In this document: in pieces, positions 63,310-64,000 of the stretch
How the letters are laid out: every line of letters starts with the position of its first letter
How positions within the stretch are numbered: position 1 is the first letter of the stretch
Assembly: GCF_001194135.2 (NCBI RefSeq)
Contig: NC_068997.1
Coordinates: forward strand, 1,176,777-1,240,776
Length of the DNA stretch: 64,000 nucleotides
Direction of reading: 5' to 3'
Origin: Octopus bimaculoides
Lineage: Eukaryota
Made by a program: the position numbers and the translations under genes
The notes under the pieces: generated by a model
What the model was told of the DNA's origin: nothing
The model's database searches: none
Seen by the model: only the letters and a program-made list of their open reading frames with translations

Positions 63310-63635
63310 GACTACTGAAACGTGGTCAAATAGATGACAAGTCTTTGAAATTTGGACATGGAGATGAGGTTTTGAAAATCCATCGACGAAATACTAACAA
63401 TATCAAAAAAAAATAAGAATGCTTTATTAGACACAATGAAAATATTCTAGACATTAAATTAGAACGAAATGATTTTTTATAGGTAGCTTATGGAAGGAAA
63501 AATTGAAGGAAAGGATAAGAAAAACAAGAATTATGTCGCTGAATGTGAAGTATTGGACGGACTTAAGATAGTGAATGAATAAAAACAGCAGAAGAAAAAG
63601 TGAAATGGTGATAAGTGGTTTCGAACATGCAGAGG
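63310..63635 (+). mobile_element. Decayed RTE-clade LINE 3' end
   Basis: ETWS..VFEIWTWR, LMEGKIEG and KYWTDL..KTAEEKVKW-like motifs, typical of the RTE C-terminus. Confidence 0.45.
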
Positions 63636-64000
63636 GTAGAAAATAACTAATAATGTTAAATATGGGGCGGTGGTAGTGCTGAAAAGTAAAAGAAAATACA
63701 GACGGATCAGTTATGATTTTATTTAACATATTCTCCTTTCATATTCACACACCTATTGCAGTGGCCCTTCAGTTTTTCTAAGCCCTGGAAAAGAACACAG
63801 AAGGTTGGGCCTCCTTTCGTGAGACTCTTAAAACCATTTTCAGCACCCTCTTGTAGGTCATTCAATGTGACACAGAACTATTTGGTAGAACAGTATAATT
63901 AAAGAATTACAGTCATATATATACAGAACATCAATTTTAATTCATTATATTGTCACATGGAATAATGTCGTACGAATACTGTTATATAACTCAGAGTACT

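Overview
AT-rich, microsatellite-dense metazoan genomic DNA from a gapped short-read assembly (five long N-gaps and four 10-N gaps, nearly all flanked by microsatellites). The repeat landscape strongly suggests a coleoid cephalopod, probably Octopus; this is an inference from repeat families, not a database result. It includes tRNA-derived SINEs, RLE-type R4/Dong-like, RTE, Penelope and Tx1/L1 retroelements, mariner and hAT. No intact host protein-coding ORF is visible. The long ORFs in the track are N-runs, microsatellites or decayed transposon coding sequence; only a few short candidate exons could belong to host genes. I found no convincing new multi-gene system. The best leads are: (i) same-orientation SINE arrays joined by (AAT)n/(ATT)n spacers around a Tx1-like element that kept its endonuclease and both ends but lost its RT; (ii) stacked Dong-like 3' ends and an unclassified repeat in a TAA microsatellite; (iii) a minimal Penelope-type hammerhead ribozyme; (iv) a ~105-nt hairpin/palindrome next to a locally triplicated, partly inverted repeat that brackets a promoter-like micro first exon; (v) three phase-compatible candidate exons. 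All coordinates were read by eye, and repeat boundaries are approximate.
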